This document shows positions 38,997 to 52,408 of a stretch of 64,000 bases of DNA, in pieces. Source of the stretch: Oikopleura dioica (Eukaryota; Animalia; Chordata). Within the stretch, counting starts at the first letter, position 1; each line of letters starts with the position of its first letter. The DNA lies in NCBI GenBank assembly GCA_907165135.1, contig OU015569.1:5084001-5148000 (forward strand). The letters are read 5' to 3'. Made by a program: the position numbers and the translations under genes. The notes under the pieces were generated by a model. It saw only the letters and a program-made list of their open reading frames with translations, made no database searches and was not told the origin of the DNA.

Positions 38997-40289
38997 TTTC
39001 GCAAGCGAAGTTACATCCGTACATTTGCAAAATCAGTTAAAGAAAGCTAAATGCCTCTTGATATCTCCTTTACTAAGATGTACCTTTGTTTCTGTTCTAC
39101 TACTACTATCCCCTGCATAAAAAAACCAAAAATTTCAATAAAAATGGGCTGGTGCCCAATCTAATCGACCCTATCTCCTTAACTTTTTGCAATATGAAAT
39201 CAACAAAGAAAGCATCAATTTTCATAACGCAAGTCAGTTGACTTTGTGAAGCACTCTCAATAGAACTTTTCAATGCCTGAATAATACTCTTTAGTAAATA
39301 GTCTTTACACTTACATCTCCAACGGAAAACTCAACTGGTATTGGCAGGAATTCGCACAGGGAACTTTTTTTGAAAGATTCTTTATTTTTTTCAAAATAAT
39401 CTTCAGGTTCATAAATTTTCAGGTTATCAAGAGAGTCTTGATTAGCCACGAGAATTAGAACGTTTATGATTTAGCTGCTGCAGGAACGAATTAATGACAG
39501 TAATAGATTCTATCTCTCGTTATCTCTGCCGGCAACAGGAACACTTATTTCCAAGTCTAATGTAAAAACTGAATTTCTTGAGAACCTCTTTTAGACGCGA
39601 TAAGACTAAGAATGATATCATGTAGCCTTATAATAGAAATATCGTTAAATTTTCCTACTAGTTAATCAGATTTTTCGATTTAACAAAGCATCGAGTTTTG
39701 AGAGTTAATAATGTCACGTATTTTTATCATTGAAATAATTTTCTTTGTCAGAGTTTGAAATTATTCTGCACTTTGTCGTAAAACAAGAACGTGTACAATT
39801 GTTAATAAACGCAAACGAACCCAAGAACGGACACGTGCTGATCTTGGAGGTTTATGCGCCGAGCTAAGTGTCCACTTAACCTTCGAATTCCGCATTGGAG
39901 AGCTTCCGCGCCGCACAAAAGTGAACGCAGTTGAATATTTCGCGCACTTTCAACGTAAATCCGTATCTAGGAGAATTTCGCAGACTACAATATAATCCTA
40001 GCATAAAAGCCCTGTTTCTTATATTTCAAAAGGTCTTTCTCTAATCAGAGATTTCCTTTAAATGGACAACCAAGGCTGCACAATGAATTAAAAATAAAAT
40101 AACGAGTATTATCACGCTGGTGCTACTAGACGCTCGTTAAACATGATCGCGTCGCAAATTGAGCACCAGCCTTGAATTTGCCGTTCAATTAGAAAATAAA
40201 AAGAGACTCTTTTCTCTGAACGAAGATTCGAAAGACTTATAAATGCCACTTGTCTACAACATCGGTAGGACTGAAATTTCGAGTAATCA

Positions 40290-40960
40290 ACTAAATAATA
40301 TCGAAGCTTGGCTTTGTTTGGCCGTCGCACTTCCTGCCAACTTCTCGCTCAGAGCTTTGTTGGACTATGAAAGGGACAAAGAAGAAAATAAAATGGACAA
40401 TTTTTGGCTAAAGTAAAGGCTCAAACGATGCGTCTAGTATAAAAATTTTAAATCCAGCATTAATTTTGGTAATTAATACAGGTTATTTAATCTTCAAAAA
40501 TTTTGAGCTTAAAAAGTACTGGATAGTTTTCGCCCATTGGTATCTTCTCGAGCTGGTGATAGGTAGCTATTCGGAAGATATTATCGAGAACAGCACGTTT
40601 TATAGACTGGGTATTATGCTGGCTCCCATTTTATACCGAATTCAAGCTTCTTTTTCTTCTCTCGACGTCGCCAATTAGTCCATTTGGCGCCTTGAAAGGT
40701 AATTGACTATTCTAAATCACGTTCTTAGTCTAATCTACAGCCGCTTCCGGAATTCCTCTGGAGCAAATTAAGGTTTCCCGCGATCCGACAGAGATCCTCT
40801 TTTCGTACATTTATACTGCGGCCAAAGCAACGAAAGACAGTGCACATTCTGTTGGATTTTCAAGAGATTCTCTTCGTAGGTCGATTCCAATTATTCTCGA
40901 GCAGATCAGTGGGACTCTATCTTTTGTAAGAGCGAAAATAGGAATACGCTTATAAAAAAA
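40290..40960 (+). CDS. Possible unidentified gene
   Basis: Short open segments bounded by GT/AG (AWLCLAVALPANFSLRALLDYE; AASGIPLEQIKVSRDPTEILFSYIY). No coherent full model. Confidence 0.2.
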
Positions 40961-41192
40961 GTGATCAACAGTTTTAAAAACTTCTACTCTTCATAGTGAT
41001 ATTGATTTTATAAGCATCAAAAAGATTATATCAAGACCACAAGCAAACTTATACAACAAGACGAAGTTGTCAAAGAAAAAGACTCGTGACGCCGTAATAA
41101 AGAGAGACGTTTAATATTTCTTATGTACAAATCTGCAACTTTGCCTCTCGTCATGTTTCAGACTGTCGACAAAAAAATAAGTTAAGAACAAG

Positions 41193-42725
41193 TCAGTTCT
41201 TGAACTTGTTCGTCTTGTTTTTATTCTTTTCGTAGTTGCGCGCGGCTGTTACTTTTTCACGGGTTTTATATTCTTCTTTCTTTTTTCGCTCTACGGCACG
41301 TAGTTTGCAAGTTATTGCGACAGCTATGCTCAAATTAGCTAGGTTTTGCATTAAAACAGCTTACCTATGATGGATATGAGCACGATGCCAACGCAAACAA
41401 GTGAGATGATCTCCGAGCTGAGTCCCTCTTCAGCGGGCTCTATTCTAGTTGCTTTCGTCGGCGGAATAGCAAAATCCGGGACTTAAAAATTGTCTTATTG
41501 CAAAAACTCTTGAATTCAAGACTCACTCTGAGGTGTCGCCTCTATCTGTTGTTGATTGTTCGATTTCATTCTAATTGGCGGTGGAATAAGCATGCCCCTC
41601 TGCGGAGTCACAGGCATTGGTCGTTGTTGTCTCCCGTTCTGTCCTCGCGGTCTTCCCTTTTGCTGGCGTTGTTGACCGTTGCGCATGCGACCATTCATTT
41701 GGGGCCGCTTTGTTATGACAGGCTCAGGCAAATCAGCTGTAGATCCTTGATTTCGTCTGCTTATTGCCTCTACAGCGGCATTTGAAAAAGAAGTAGGAGC
41801 GTTCATAGATGGACGTTCTGGGCCATAAGCCGCAGATAAATGCGGCGGTCCATCAGAATAGCCTGGGTTTCTCGAAGCTGTTGGAATCAACGGTGATTTG
41901 GGAAGGGATGAGGGAACTTGCTGTCGAGGACGAAAACCCATGTTCATATTTCGCATGTTTCCCATTGGCAGATTTGGGCGTCCTAAGTTCATATTCGGCA
42001 TCATTCCCATCATACCCGGAAAGGGAGCGACCATACCATTTCCCATTCCAGGCATTCGCATTCCCGGCATCGGATTTTGAAGACGACCCAAAGGCCTTCC
42101 TAACCCTGCCATATAATCAGGATATTCTGGCTGTCCTGATTCTTGCCTCAGTAATCTTTGAAACTCCTCCTCAAATCCTGGAGGCGTTCTTGTCACCTTG
42201 AGCATGAATCCAATGTGGCGGACGCCATCTGGAATTTGACCGGACTTGACGAAAATGTGGATCCGACTGGACTCCGAGAGATAACGCTGCGGTGTGTCAG
42301 TTCCACACAATGGACCAACCGCATTTTTACTGAAAAATTCTTAAAAATAAGGGAAATTAAAGTGCCGCTGAATAATCATTCACCAATGCCGGTAAATTTA
42401 ACATTGAGCAAAAGACTTACGTTTTCCAGTCAACAATCGTAACATTCTGCAAATCGCATCGTGCAAGGTCAAAAAATAAGAACTCAACCATGATCTTCAT
42501 TTGGGTGTCTGGATTTTGGATCTTGTACTCGCACTCCCAATTGTTTCCCATGGGCGAGGGGTAGTAGCGGGAAACAATCACTTTTGAGTGTTGCTCCTCG
42601 CCGACTCCTGGGCTGATGACTTCGTCGACGCAGTGTGAGATGTCCCATTTGATGTCGCTCGGTGGGCCAGCCGCTGTTTTCTCTATAAAAAATAAAAGAA
42701 CGTGCAAAACTCGCAGAAAATGCAT
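41193..42725 (-). CDS. Type I membrane protein: CUB domain, Met/Gly/Pro/Gln-rich linker, TM, basic tail
   Basis: Signal-like N-terminus; CUB motifs YYPSPMGNNWECEYKI..MVEFLFFDL..CD..GPLCGTDTPQRYLSESSRIHIF..GFML; TM IISLVCVGIVLISIIAVAITC; stop 41193-41195. Confidence 0.8.
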
Positions 42726-43136
42726 TTTTGCGCTCTATTGAAGACTACGCCGGAGTCCCGCGCAAAGCCGAGAGGGCAGAAGGATCACTGGTCTCAAAGC
42801 AAACCACACGTTCGCCGTCAAACGTAAAAACTGTTTATATAAGGAGCTTCTAAACAAGAGAAAATTTAAACATACCCGTTCATTTCATCGTCCTTACAAG
42901 TTTCGGTATCGGCCGACAAAAAATTGTATCTCGTTTAACATCATTTTTGAGAGAAAGGACCAAAGCCGAAAAAATAAAAAGAATGAACCTGAAGGATTTA
43001 TTCTTTAGAGTGAGGGGTCTCCTTAAATCGCAAGAAAGGATTGGCCAATGAAGATGGATATCTAGTGTATGACACACCCATTTTGTTTTTCAATAGCTGG
43101 CGGGCGCAAATATTGAGCTTTTGAAAATTTCAGAGA

Positions 43137-44450
43137 ATGTCTTCGTACACATATTCTTTTGACCAGATTTCGTCGACGCTGCACGAAAAGACGCCTCTTA
43201 TAGAGTCGCCGAAGATTTCTGGTAATTATCTTTTGGCCTGCACGCAAAATTATTATTTTCAGTCAACGATATTCTCTCTTCTTTCTCGGCTTTATCATAT
43301 CTTTTTCTAGCTGCTTGTAATCACCGCGTTCTTCTGAAGCTTGACAATTTGCAGCCAGCTGGCAGTTTCAAAATCCGTGGAATTGGCAATTTAGTCCAGC
43401 GAGGGATCGAAAATGGTAAACGCTCTGCTATTAGCTCTAGCGGTGGAAATGCTGGGCTTGCGGCGGCATATGCATGCGCTAGAAGCAACATTCCATGCCA
43501 CGTCTTTGTGCCCAACTCGACGCCTCAGTTCGCCGCGGACAATATCAAAGAACACGCTGCACAAGTCACCTATCACGGGTAAGTTTCTTTTTCATTACAG
43601 TGAAAATCGTATAAATTCCAGTGAGAACTGGAACGCCGCGGATAACGAGGCAAGGCGGCATTTGACAGAAGAGTCAATTTACATTCATCCTTTTGATGGC
43701 GAAGACATATGGAATGGTCACGCGACCATCATCGATGAGCTGAAAGGGAAGTTAATTATTCCGTGATATTGAATGACGCCGAAAATGGTGATTTTCTGTT
43801 GTGCGCAATATTTAATTTCAAATGGAATTTATTAATTTGAAAAGAACAAATGAGGGGCCAAAAGCCTGGACTGATCGTGTGCTCTGTTGGAGGAGGAGGA
43901 CTTCTAGCGGGCTTGATTCTTGGTCTTGAGCGAAATGGCTGGGAAGATGTTCCAAGTAACGTTTAATAAAACGCTGATGTTTAGTATTCAGTTCTGGCAA
44001 TGGAAACGCACGGAGCCGACTGTCTTAACAAATCATTGGCCTGTGGCGAGCTCGTCACTTTAGACGGGATCAACTCAATTGCCAAGAGTCTCGGCGCTCG
44101 TGCCACTACACAACAAATCCTTGACTTGGCTCGAAATTACAAAGGAAAAGTTTATTACAAAACCTGCCACGATACAGAAGTCATTCAAGGTTCGTAAAAA
44201 TACCGATAAACTTCGTGCTCTTTCACAATTTAGCAGAGCTCTGACTTATAATTTAGTCATTGAAAAGTTCCTTGGAGATCATCGATTTTTTGTCGAGCCT
44301 GCTTGTGCCGCAACACTCGTGAGTTGCTATCTGAAGGAATACTTGAAAGACATCCCAATCGGAGATGGTCCACTCGTGCTTGAAATCTGCGGTGGATCTG
44401 CTGTTTCTGTGCAAATGCTCGAGACGTGGAAAAAGACTGCCTTTTCTTGA
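43137..44450 (+). CDS. SDS: L-serine dehydratase / SDS-like (PLP fold II)
   Basis: LHEKTPL, LKLDNLQPAGSFKIRG (PLP lysine), SSSGGNAG, IHPFD..IWNGH, SVGGGG, FFVEPAC, EICGG. TTTCAG acceptor 3 nt before the ATG. SDS versus SDSL cannot be distinguished. Confidence 0.92.
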
Positions 44451-44609
44451 AATATAAAAAAAATCAACCATTTATTCCATCAGATAGATGACTCTCGAAT
44501 TATTACGATTACACTCAATCATCTTTGTCTAAGAGCTACAACGCATAAATAATGCGAACCGATTGTTATTTCCTCTGGAATTCTCGCTAAAATTGCGTCA
44601 ATACGTCTA

Positions 44610-45647
44610 ATTTATGCGTTCGCGTCCTTTCCGCCGACCGATCGTTATAATTGTAATTTTTATTGGAGTCTATTTTGAAGTTGAAAACGTAAAAAATTTG
44701 AACTCTAAAATTCGCCGTAAGGGTTCACCTTGCCGCATTTGCCAGTGTTCTCGTTCCAGCAGCAGATGCCGCCGCCATAAATATTCGAGCACTTTGAGAT
44801 TGACTCTGTTTCGTACGGACAATCGACGAAAGCGATTCCGTTTGGACCTAAAGAGAAAGAGCGCTAGTTGACAAGTGGAAAAAGTAAGGGTTACAGATGC
44901 CGCCGGTATTTGTCGAGGTCGTGCTTGAGCTCGAAGTAGGAGTCGGAGTCGGAGTCGGAGTGGTTCCGCCACAGGCACATTTCGCTGATAAGAGTTTCAC
45001 ATAAAAGATGCTATAAATAAAGTTCTACCTTCACAAGCATCGAAAGTTCGACGAGCATCGTCCATGCAATACGAGTTGTAAATTTCACACTTGATCTGGT
45101 CAGCGCAGAGCTTGTCGGTGCATGCGTCGCGGCATTCAGATTCGGGCAGGCAGTTGATACATTGGGAGACTTCAGGACATTGCTCGCACCCGTTATAGCA
45201 TCCGTCGTGGCATGGGCAGCCTGAAATAGAATTATTAGCGCAGCCCTTTCAAAATTAATGAAAAGCATAAATTAATGCTGCATAAATTACCTCGTCTGCA
45301 CTTTTCCTGGACATCGAAGCAGTTTCGCGAGCAGTTGGTCGGATCTTGAGACTCGTTACATTGATTTATGCAGCTAAAAGAAGCTTCAAGAAGTCCAAAC
45401 ATGGGCAGGGACACTTACAGGACTAGATCAACGTCGCACTCATCCTCGCATTCAGCAGCTGCGGCGAGAGAAAACTCATCGCAGTTTGGATTCGTTACTC
45501 TTGAGAGGATATTCCTTCGCGGCGAAAAGCCCGCTGAGGCGGCAATGGCTGATCCAAAGGCAAAAACTAAGTGCGGTTTATTTTTTTTCTATGAAACAAC
45601 AACGAAAGTTTAAAAAATTCGAAACCGCGATTGACAAAAAGCTTCAT
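44610..45647 (-). CDS. Secreted Cys-rich protein with CPC-type module and Thr/Pro linker
   Basis: MKLFVNR|VFAFGSAIAASA signal, then C..EC..ECD..CI..C..C..C..CRRGCPCHDGCYNGCEQC, a second Cys cluster, (TP)n/ST linker and a third Cys cluster. 3' end uncertain. Confidence 0.7.
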
Positions 45648-45873
45648 TCTCTAAGTTGATTTCGATTGCTCTAGCCGCGTTTTCATAAATGCGGAATTTA
45701 CCTTTGCGAATCTCAAATTTGATTTTCCATAAACTTTTGTGCGCCGCTGTGACATCAAGCAATGCTGGTTGTTTTAGGAATGCAGTAGAAAAATCTTGCT
45801 GAAAAAGGTCAACACATTCTGATAATAATGGAATATTGCCAATTGGTGTTTTTATTATACAGGTCAGAGACAA

Positions 45874-46332
45874 TTAGAGGCGCTGAAATTGGTAGATGCT
45901 GTAGCAGCGTAATAGTCTGGATTGAATCAGGTCTTTCGCTTCGAGAAGAGCTTCTTGATCTGGATAATGCGCAGACAGTTGTAGAATTGTCCGCGCGAGA
46001 ACCGATGATGAGAGCGGTACGGTGTGGTCTATCAGAAACGTTTGCAGAATCATGTCAGCTTTGGACTTCTTTCGCGTTTGTTTCACATTGCCATATTTGA
46101 CACAGGCGAGCCAGAATTTGAGACTCATTCCAAGACCCTGTCGTTCCGTGAATTCTTCGAAGAGCTTGTAATCCTTTCGTGTCATTCTTGCGATCACAAA
46201 GGCAAATTCAAAGACATTCGTCTTCCCTTCGTAGAATCCTGAACGGCGTTTTCGAAACCTCGGTGAGCTAGTATCTGGGCTTGCGTGATTATAAGTGCAA
46301 ATTCGAGATGTAATTAAACTTCCGCACTTCAT
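45874..46332 (-). CDS. Small single-exon RGS-homology domain protein
   Basis: LFEEFTERQ..SLKFWLACVKY..KADMILQTFL..P..LLEAKDLIQSRL follows the RGS helical pattern; 152 aa ORF. Confidence 0.65.
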   Translation of the reverse strand: MKCGSLITSRICTYNHASPDTSSPRFRKRRSGFYEGKTNVFEFAFVIARMTRKDYKLFEEFTERQGLGMSLKFWLACVKYGNVKQTRKKSKADMILQTFLIDHTVPLSSSVLARTILQLSAHYPDQEALLEAKDLIQSRLLRCYSIYQFQRL

Positions 46333-46649
46333 TTTATACTAAATATTCACGTTAGATATAATGCTGAGTTTTCTTGTAGGGAGATTTTATACCAAATATC
46401 TTGGACTCCGTCGCTAGAGAGCATTGACGCAATATGGCGCCAAGAAAGATAATGACTATGATTCAATAAATACGCTGCATAGGTTCTTCTTCTGAATTTC
46501 GGAAGCTACCAACCCAAAAAAGATCTCAAAAGAAAGCAATGAAATTATCATCCTTTCTCGATCGTTTTTCTAGATTCTTGTGAGCAAAAAAACAAGGCAT
46601 TGAGTTTTCCACGGAGGAGACTTAGTTACAGACGCGTCTAAAAATGACT

Positions 46650-47482
46650 GTGTGCGATATTTTCGGATCTGGGAAGTTCCAGGACAACTGCTACTTTTTT
46701 CTCAAACGTGAGTTACTGACAACGTTCGCGCTCTTTGGATAAATCAGTCTAGAATATATTGGAATCGAGTATGGACCGGCTGGATCAAAGTTTACCTCGC
46801 CCATGTTTAGCTTTGTTTTCAACTTGGTGCTTGTGATCACATTTGCCATACTTGGGTAATATTTCTCGAGAAAAATTTAAATTGAGATTAAAATAAAGAA
46901 TGAAGAACCGGCCGAAATGGTCTAAGAAGGATTTCATGATTCGATCAAAATTAGACGAGCTAGACGAAGAGCTCAAGCTCAAAGTAAATGAGGCTTTGTA
47001 CGAGCGTGTGGCAGTCAGCAAAGAAAGGCTTCTAAGTTTTAATCATTTACGGGCTAGACAATAATAAAAAGCCGTAAAAAGACCTTCAGGAGAAAAGACA
47101 AGCCACTTCCGCTATCTTCAAAGAACACATGTTCTACAAGGAGCAGCTAAAAGAGACCAGGCTTCGGTTAAAAGGCCTGAAGGACGATCACGATACTCTG
47201 ATCATCAAAACGCAAGAAGAAAAACTAGGCTTTGAGGTAAATTCGCATGCTTTTATATAACTTACTATCTTTGAAATAAATAGTTTACTATGAAACGCTA
47301 TGATGACTTTTAGTCTCTGCAGCGAGGTCTCTCAACACTGGACGATCAATTCAAACGTTTCCATAATCAGGTAGACTTACCAATTCAAAACCTCCAACCA
47401 CCTATTTTTTAAGAACAAGCAACTCCGAAGTATGCAAGGATTACTCGAGCCCGATCTGGGAGAAGAAAAAGAAGAACCCTAG
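46650..47482 (+). CDS. Possible TM plus coiled-coil protein
   Basis: Exons read FSFVFNLVLVITFAILG|MKNRPKW..LDELDEELKLKV..|LQEKRQ..LKETRLRLKGLKDD..|RGLSTLDDQF|NKQLRSMQGLLEPDLGEEKEEP*. Start unresolved. Confidence 0.45.
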
Positions 47483-48164
47483 GGTTTGCTTAACTTGTTC
47501 CTAATCGCACATCTGTATTTTAATAAATTATTTTAAATAGGTATCATCGACGAAACTTTTACTGTGAATAGCGACGTAAATGATTTAACTTTTCCTCGTG
47601 CAACATTTCCATGAATGTGATTCATGCTTAAATTGATCGAGTTCAGCCCCGAGTATTTCCTTAATAGCTAATCCGTCCGACGCCAGATCATCCAGACGAG
47701 GAAGAAACGCCATAAAAGCACATAAACCCCGATAAGCTGGACTCTTTTCATATCATAAATGGTAATCTGCGTGAAGATAACCGAGCTGCCTTGTTGTATG
47801 GTCGTTTGACCACTTCGGGCCGGACCCTAAGGAGGACGAGAGTGCTCTGCCAAATCTGACCAGATGCTCAAATCTCATCACCCACATAACTACCAAGTGG
47901 GTAATTATAAACAAAAAATATAACCGGCTTTCCGTACACACTGATACATCAGCTGTACTTACACTAGTTGAGAAGTATATCGGTTTATTGCACCTACATT
48001 ATACAGAAAATAAGAATAGGGGTTCAGGGTAAGGTTCTCTCGCTACTACCATAAGAATAATAAGAGCGAAGGAATTGTCAAGGCAACACGGTGATCATTA
48101 GAACTAGAAGCTGTGAAAGTGATTTTTACTTTGATTAGACGTTAGATTCTTGAGTTTGAAGAAA

Positions 48165-51100
48165 TTAAAGCCCTCCCCATCGCGGCAGGTATGAGCCCCA
48201 GCCAGCTTGACTCTGAAAAATATGAATTTGAACATAAATTATAAAATTTTTCGACTTACAGATTCAACTTCTAGGCCAGCCAACTCAATCAGCTTTTCCT
48301 TCTCTTTTGGTTCGAGTTGAAGCATCGTATCTAGCACGGGTATCAGGCCAGTCCTTTCAGAGCCGGGCGCAATTGTCATGAACTTAAGTATGATGTTCTT
48401 CAAATACTCCAAGTTGTGGATGTTGCTCTCGCGTTCTTGGTTCTTCTCGAGACGCCGGATTTCCGTCTAAAAACACCATTTACAGGCGCCTTGCCAAACA
48501 TTTTAAGGCCATACTTTCAGGATGCTCGTCTGGTCTTCGAGACGAGAATTTGTAGCTTCTGATTCAGCAAGCAGCGAGTTCGCATGTTCCACTTTGAGGA
48601 TGAGCTTTTTGATTTGATCTTCCTGCTTGGAGGATTCGCGGTGGCGCACGGACTCGGATCGCTGGGACATGGAATACGGAGACTGGATGATTTGCTCTAG
48701 AGACATAACGTCCGACCGATCATCTGAATAACTTTTAATAGAGATACTCACATGTGCTATAATTTTAATCGATAAAGCCTTATTCTCCTCGTACCGTCCC
48801 GTTCCGCGCCAATAGGATCCGATCGTTCTGTCCGCAGCGGGTCAATTTTGGGACTCCTATCTACTTGTTGTGAGTTGCGTCGGTTCTCGAGATCGCTCTC
48901 TTCCTGTGCCTTACTCGACTGACGTAGTTTAAAGAGCTCTGATTCCGCTTGGGCCGCGCGTCGCTCTGCCAGCGATAACTTTAATCCGTACTCGTTTCTA
49001 AATAATTCTTTACTTTTCCATGCTACCCGTGACGCCATTTCACCTTTCTTTTTGCTGAGCATCTTCGATCGCCTTCTTGTGCTCCTCCTGAGCCCTAGCA
49101 AGCTCGTTTTCTAAAGTGAGCGTCTTCGTCTTTGCTTCAAGAACTTCAGCTTCAGTTCTGTTAACCCGTTCGACGAGGAGTTTTTCTTTGTCGCCGAAAC
49201 TGCTTTCGAGGTCCTTGAGTTGCGATGCGGTGCTTTCAGCTTGGTGACGCCATTTATCTACTTCTAACCGGACGACTTCCGATTGCGACTGACTCTCTTC
49301 CCGCTGCGCATTTAGTCGCTTGATTTGATCGTGCGCCGCAATGAGCGCTAATTAATTCAGTCATACCAATATCAAAAAATTTTCTTTTTCGCTACCTTGT
49401 TTGGCTTGCTCTAATTGTGCGGGGTCAGAGGAACTCTGTCGCTGCTGTTTTAGGACAGAATGCACTCGGACTTTATACTGCTCGAATTCTTTGCTCAAGT
49501 TTTCGTGATCGGTAGTGAGACGCCCGAACTCGTCAAGCTTCTCTTTGACAGTAGCTTCCAGGGCTGACTTCTCCCTAGCCAGTTTCTTCTCCGATTGCTC
49601 CTTAAAATACCATAGAAAAAAGCTGAAAATAATCTAAGAGCCAATAATCATCATTTTTTCATAAATAAAAAGAATTAATAGCTTGTTTGAACGCGTACAT
49701 TTTTGAAGCGAAGATCGACGAGTTCTGCATCCTTAGTTGAAAGCTGTAACTTGAAGTCTTCTAATTGTCCTCGAAGCTGTTCTGTGGTCGACGACGATTG
49801 CATCACTTCAGTTCGAGTGTGCATTTCCTAAAATTTCAGAACTGGTGAAACAAAGCTTATGCTACCTTTTCCCGTAACTCGCTCAGTTCTTGGTTGGATG
49901 CTTCAACTGTGCTGCGATACTTTTCGACGCGTTCTTCCGCTGATTCGAGCGCCTCTTCCGCCGCATTTGCTCGCTGCCGAACTTGATCGAGCAGATCGTT
50001 GAGCTGTTTATTATCTAAAAGGGATTTCAATAAGAGACTCATGGACACGTCTGGGATCACCTTTCTTAGTGGCTTCAGCTTCTTCTTGGGCACTTTCCAC
50101 AAGTTTTTTGAGCTCGTTGACGGACCGCTCGTAATCCTTCATTTCCATATTGATGAGACGTTGAGTTTTGAAGTCTTCCTTCGTATCTTCCAGTTCTTTG
50201 GCTATTTTAGGGTCGAAAGAACTCAAGTCGATATGAAAATAATCTTTTGACATTGTTCTCGATATTATTGAGTCAATAATAGACCCATTCCTGATAATGC
50301 ACGTTTAGTTTTTTCGACTTCAAGAGCCTTTTCTGCCTTAGTAAATCTTTCCACTAAGATGTTCTTTTCTTCTTGCCTTGCGCGTTTTTCCTAAAATGTG
50401 TTTCTCTATGAAACTTCGTAAAACGCCGAATAAATACCTGAGCAATTTGTGAGTCAAGCTGGACTTCTCTCTCCAGCGCTTCATCAAGTCGCGATTCCTT
50501 TTCCTTTAGTTTTTGAGAAAGTCGCTCAAGTTCGCGAGAGATGGATTCTTTGGCGTCAATTGCCTCTGCGTTTCGCGAGTTTTCCTCCTGCACTTCAGCC
50601 AGGTGCTTGTTAAGACTCTGGAGTTGGGCCTCGAGCCTGTCAACCTCGTCTTGTAATCGATCGTTTTCAGCCTAAACATGGTAATAAGCCATTTCATTTT
50701 ATGATTATCTTACCTGAAATGACGACGTCGCCGTAGATGCTTTTGATGAAGACTCTTTTAATTTCTTGATTGCGTCTTCACGTGATGCTTTTTCGGCTGA
50801 CAACTTCTTTTTCATCTCATCCAGTTCCTTTTTGCTCTTGAGTGCCAGTTGTTTTAATTTTTTGTTGGTTTCTTGAAGCTCAGTAGCTTTTTTCTCCATT
50901 TTCTCAAGCTCATCTAAGCGGATTACTTTTTCTTTCAAAAAAGCAAGTTCTTCTGCAGATCGTTGGAGAAGACCTTCGAGTTCTTTTATCTTTTGACTTT
51001 GTTCCACAGAAGGTACTGTATCTGAATCTTCTGCTTCCTTGCTGTCTGAGCATTCGAGTTGGCTTTTTAAGTCATTAATTACATCGGAAAGTGAGGTTTT

Positions 51101-52408
51101 TTCATCATTAAACTTTTGCTGATCAGCTGCGCGTTCTTCTTGCAGCTTCTTTATCGTCGATTCTAACGATAAAAATGCTTCGGAATCTTCTTTTTGAGCA
51201 CTATCCAATTGATTTTTCAGCTCACTTACTTCTGCAGATAGCGATGCATTCTCCCCAGTTATTTCGTTGCATTTTTGTTCTAGATCTTTTATCGTCAATT
51301 CTCGATTGGCAAGAGCTTCAGAATCATTTGATTGTCGCGTCTTTTCCTCAAGAAGCGTTTTATTATTTTGAATAATCTCTGTCAATTTTGTTTGAGATTG
51401 TTCGAGGTTTGACGCCATTTCCTCCTTTTCATCGCGTAATTTTTCTATTTCCGCGGAAAGCAAGCTAACCGATGCCTTTTCCTCTTCAACATTTGTACGC
51501 GCATCTTGGAGCTCGCTATTCAACTGCGTAATGATCGATTCAAGCTCAGTCAATCGAGTTTCTGATTCTTTGAGGCTTTTCAGAGCATCAGCAGAAGTCG
51601 AAGCGGAGGATTTAAGGTCAGAAAGGGCTTTTTCCAAAGAGATAATATTCTCTTGGGCGAGACGTAGATCTTCTTCGGAGTTTTCGACTTCTCCACGGAA
51701 GGTTTCCATCTTTTCTTTCAGGGCATCGTTCTCGGACTTCATTTTATCAAGTTCAGCTTGATGCGAGGATGAGCGCGAGCTTTGAAGACTTTCAACTTCG
51801 CTTTTCAGTTTTGAGTTTTCCTCTTCCGTCGAGCTGAGTTGATTCAATTTTGATTGCAACGTTTGTTTTTCCTCGGTAATATCGCTAATAATTGCATGAA
51901 GCTTTGTGCATTCTTCTTCTAATTCCGTGAAGCTGTTTTCTTTTTCTTCGTTGAACAGGTCTGATTCAAGTTCGGCGATGCGCGAGTCTTTGGCATCTAT
52001 CAGGTCCTGTAGCTCCCCGCGTAGTTGCTCTTTCTCCTCCATCGCCTTGTCAAGCCGCTCGTTGAACATGTCGCGGAACTTGTCCATCTTTTCGTTTTGC
52101 TCTTCGAACTTGAGCTTGAGCTCTTCATATTCGAACTCCATCTGTTCAGATTGCTTGTTCGAGCTGCTGCCCCTAAGAGTCTCCTCGAGAGTTGCCGACT
52201 TTTGCTTCAGACATTCAATTTCTTCTTCTTGGCGTTTTTGGAGAGATATAGATTCGGCGAGTTCAGACTGGACCGATTGTTTTTCCTTGTTAACCGAGTC
52301 CATCTTCATTTTCAGCTGTTTGAGCATGGACATTTGTTTTCGTGAGAACGCACGGAGGTCTTCCAGAGGAAGCGTGTCAATCTTCGACTGCATCCCCGGA
52401 GACGCCAT
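48165..52408 (-). CDS. GCC2: GRIP and coiled-coil golgin GCC2/GCC185
   Basis: N-terminal KIDTLPLEDLRAFSRKQ, a long coiled coil, GRIP domain NLEYLKNIILKF..GSERTGLIPVLDTMLQL, and terminal GWGSYLPRWGGL*. Confidence 0.88.

Noticed and set aside
45610-45873. 87 aa ORF seemingly continuing the RGS gene
   Set aside because: The RGS ORF stops at 45874, and this segment contains the acceptor and ATG of the next gene.
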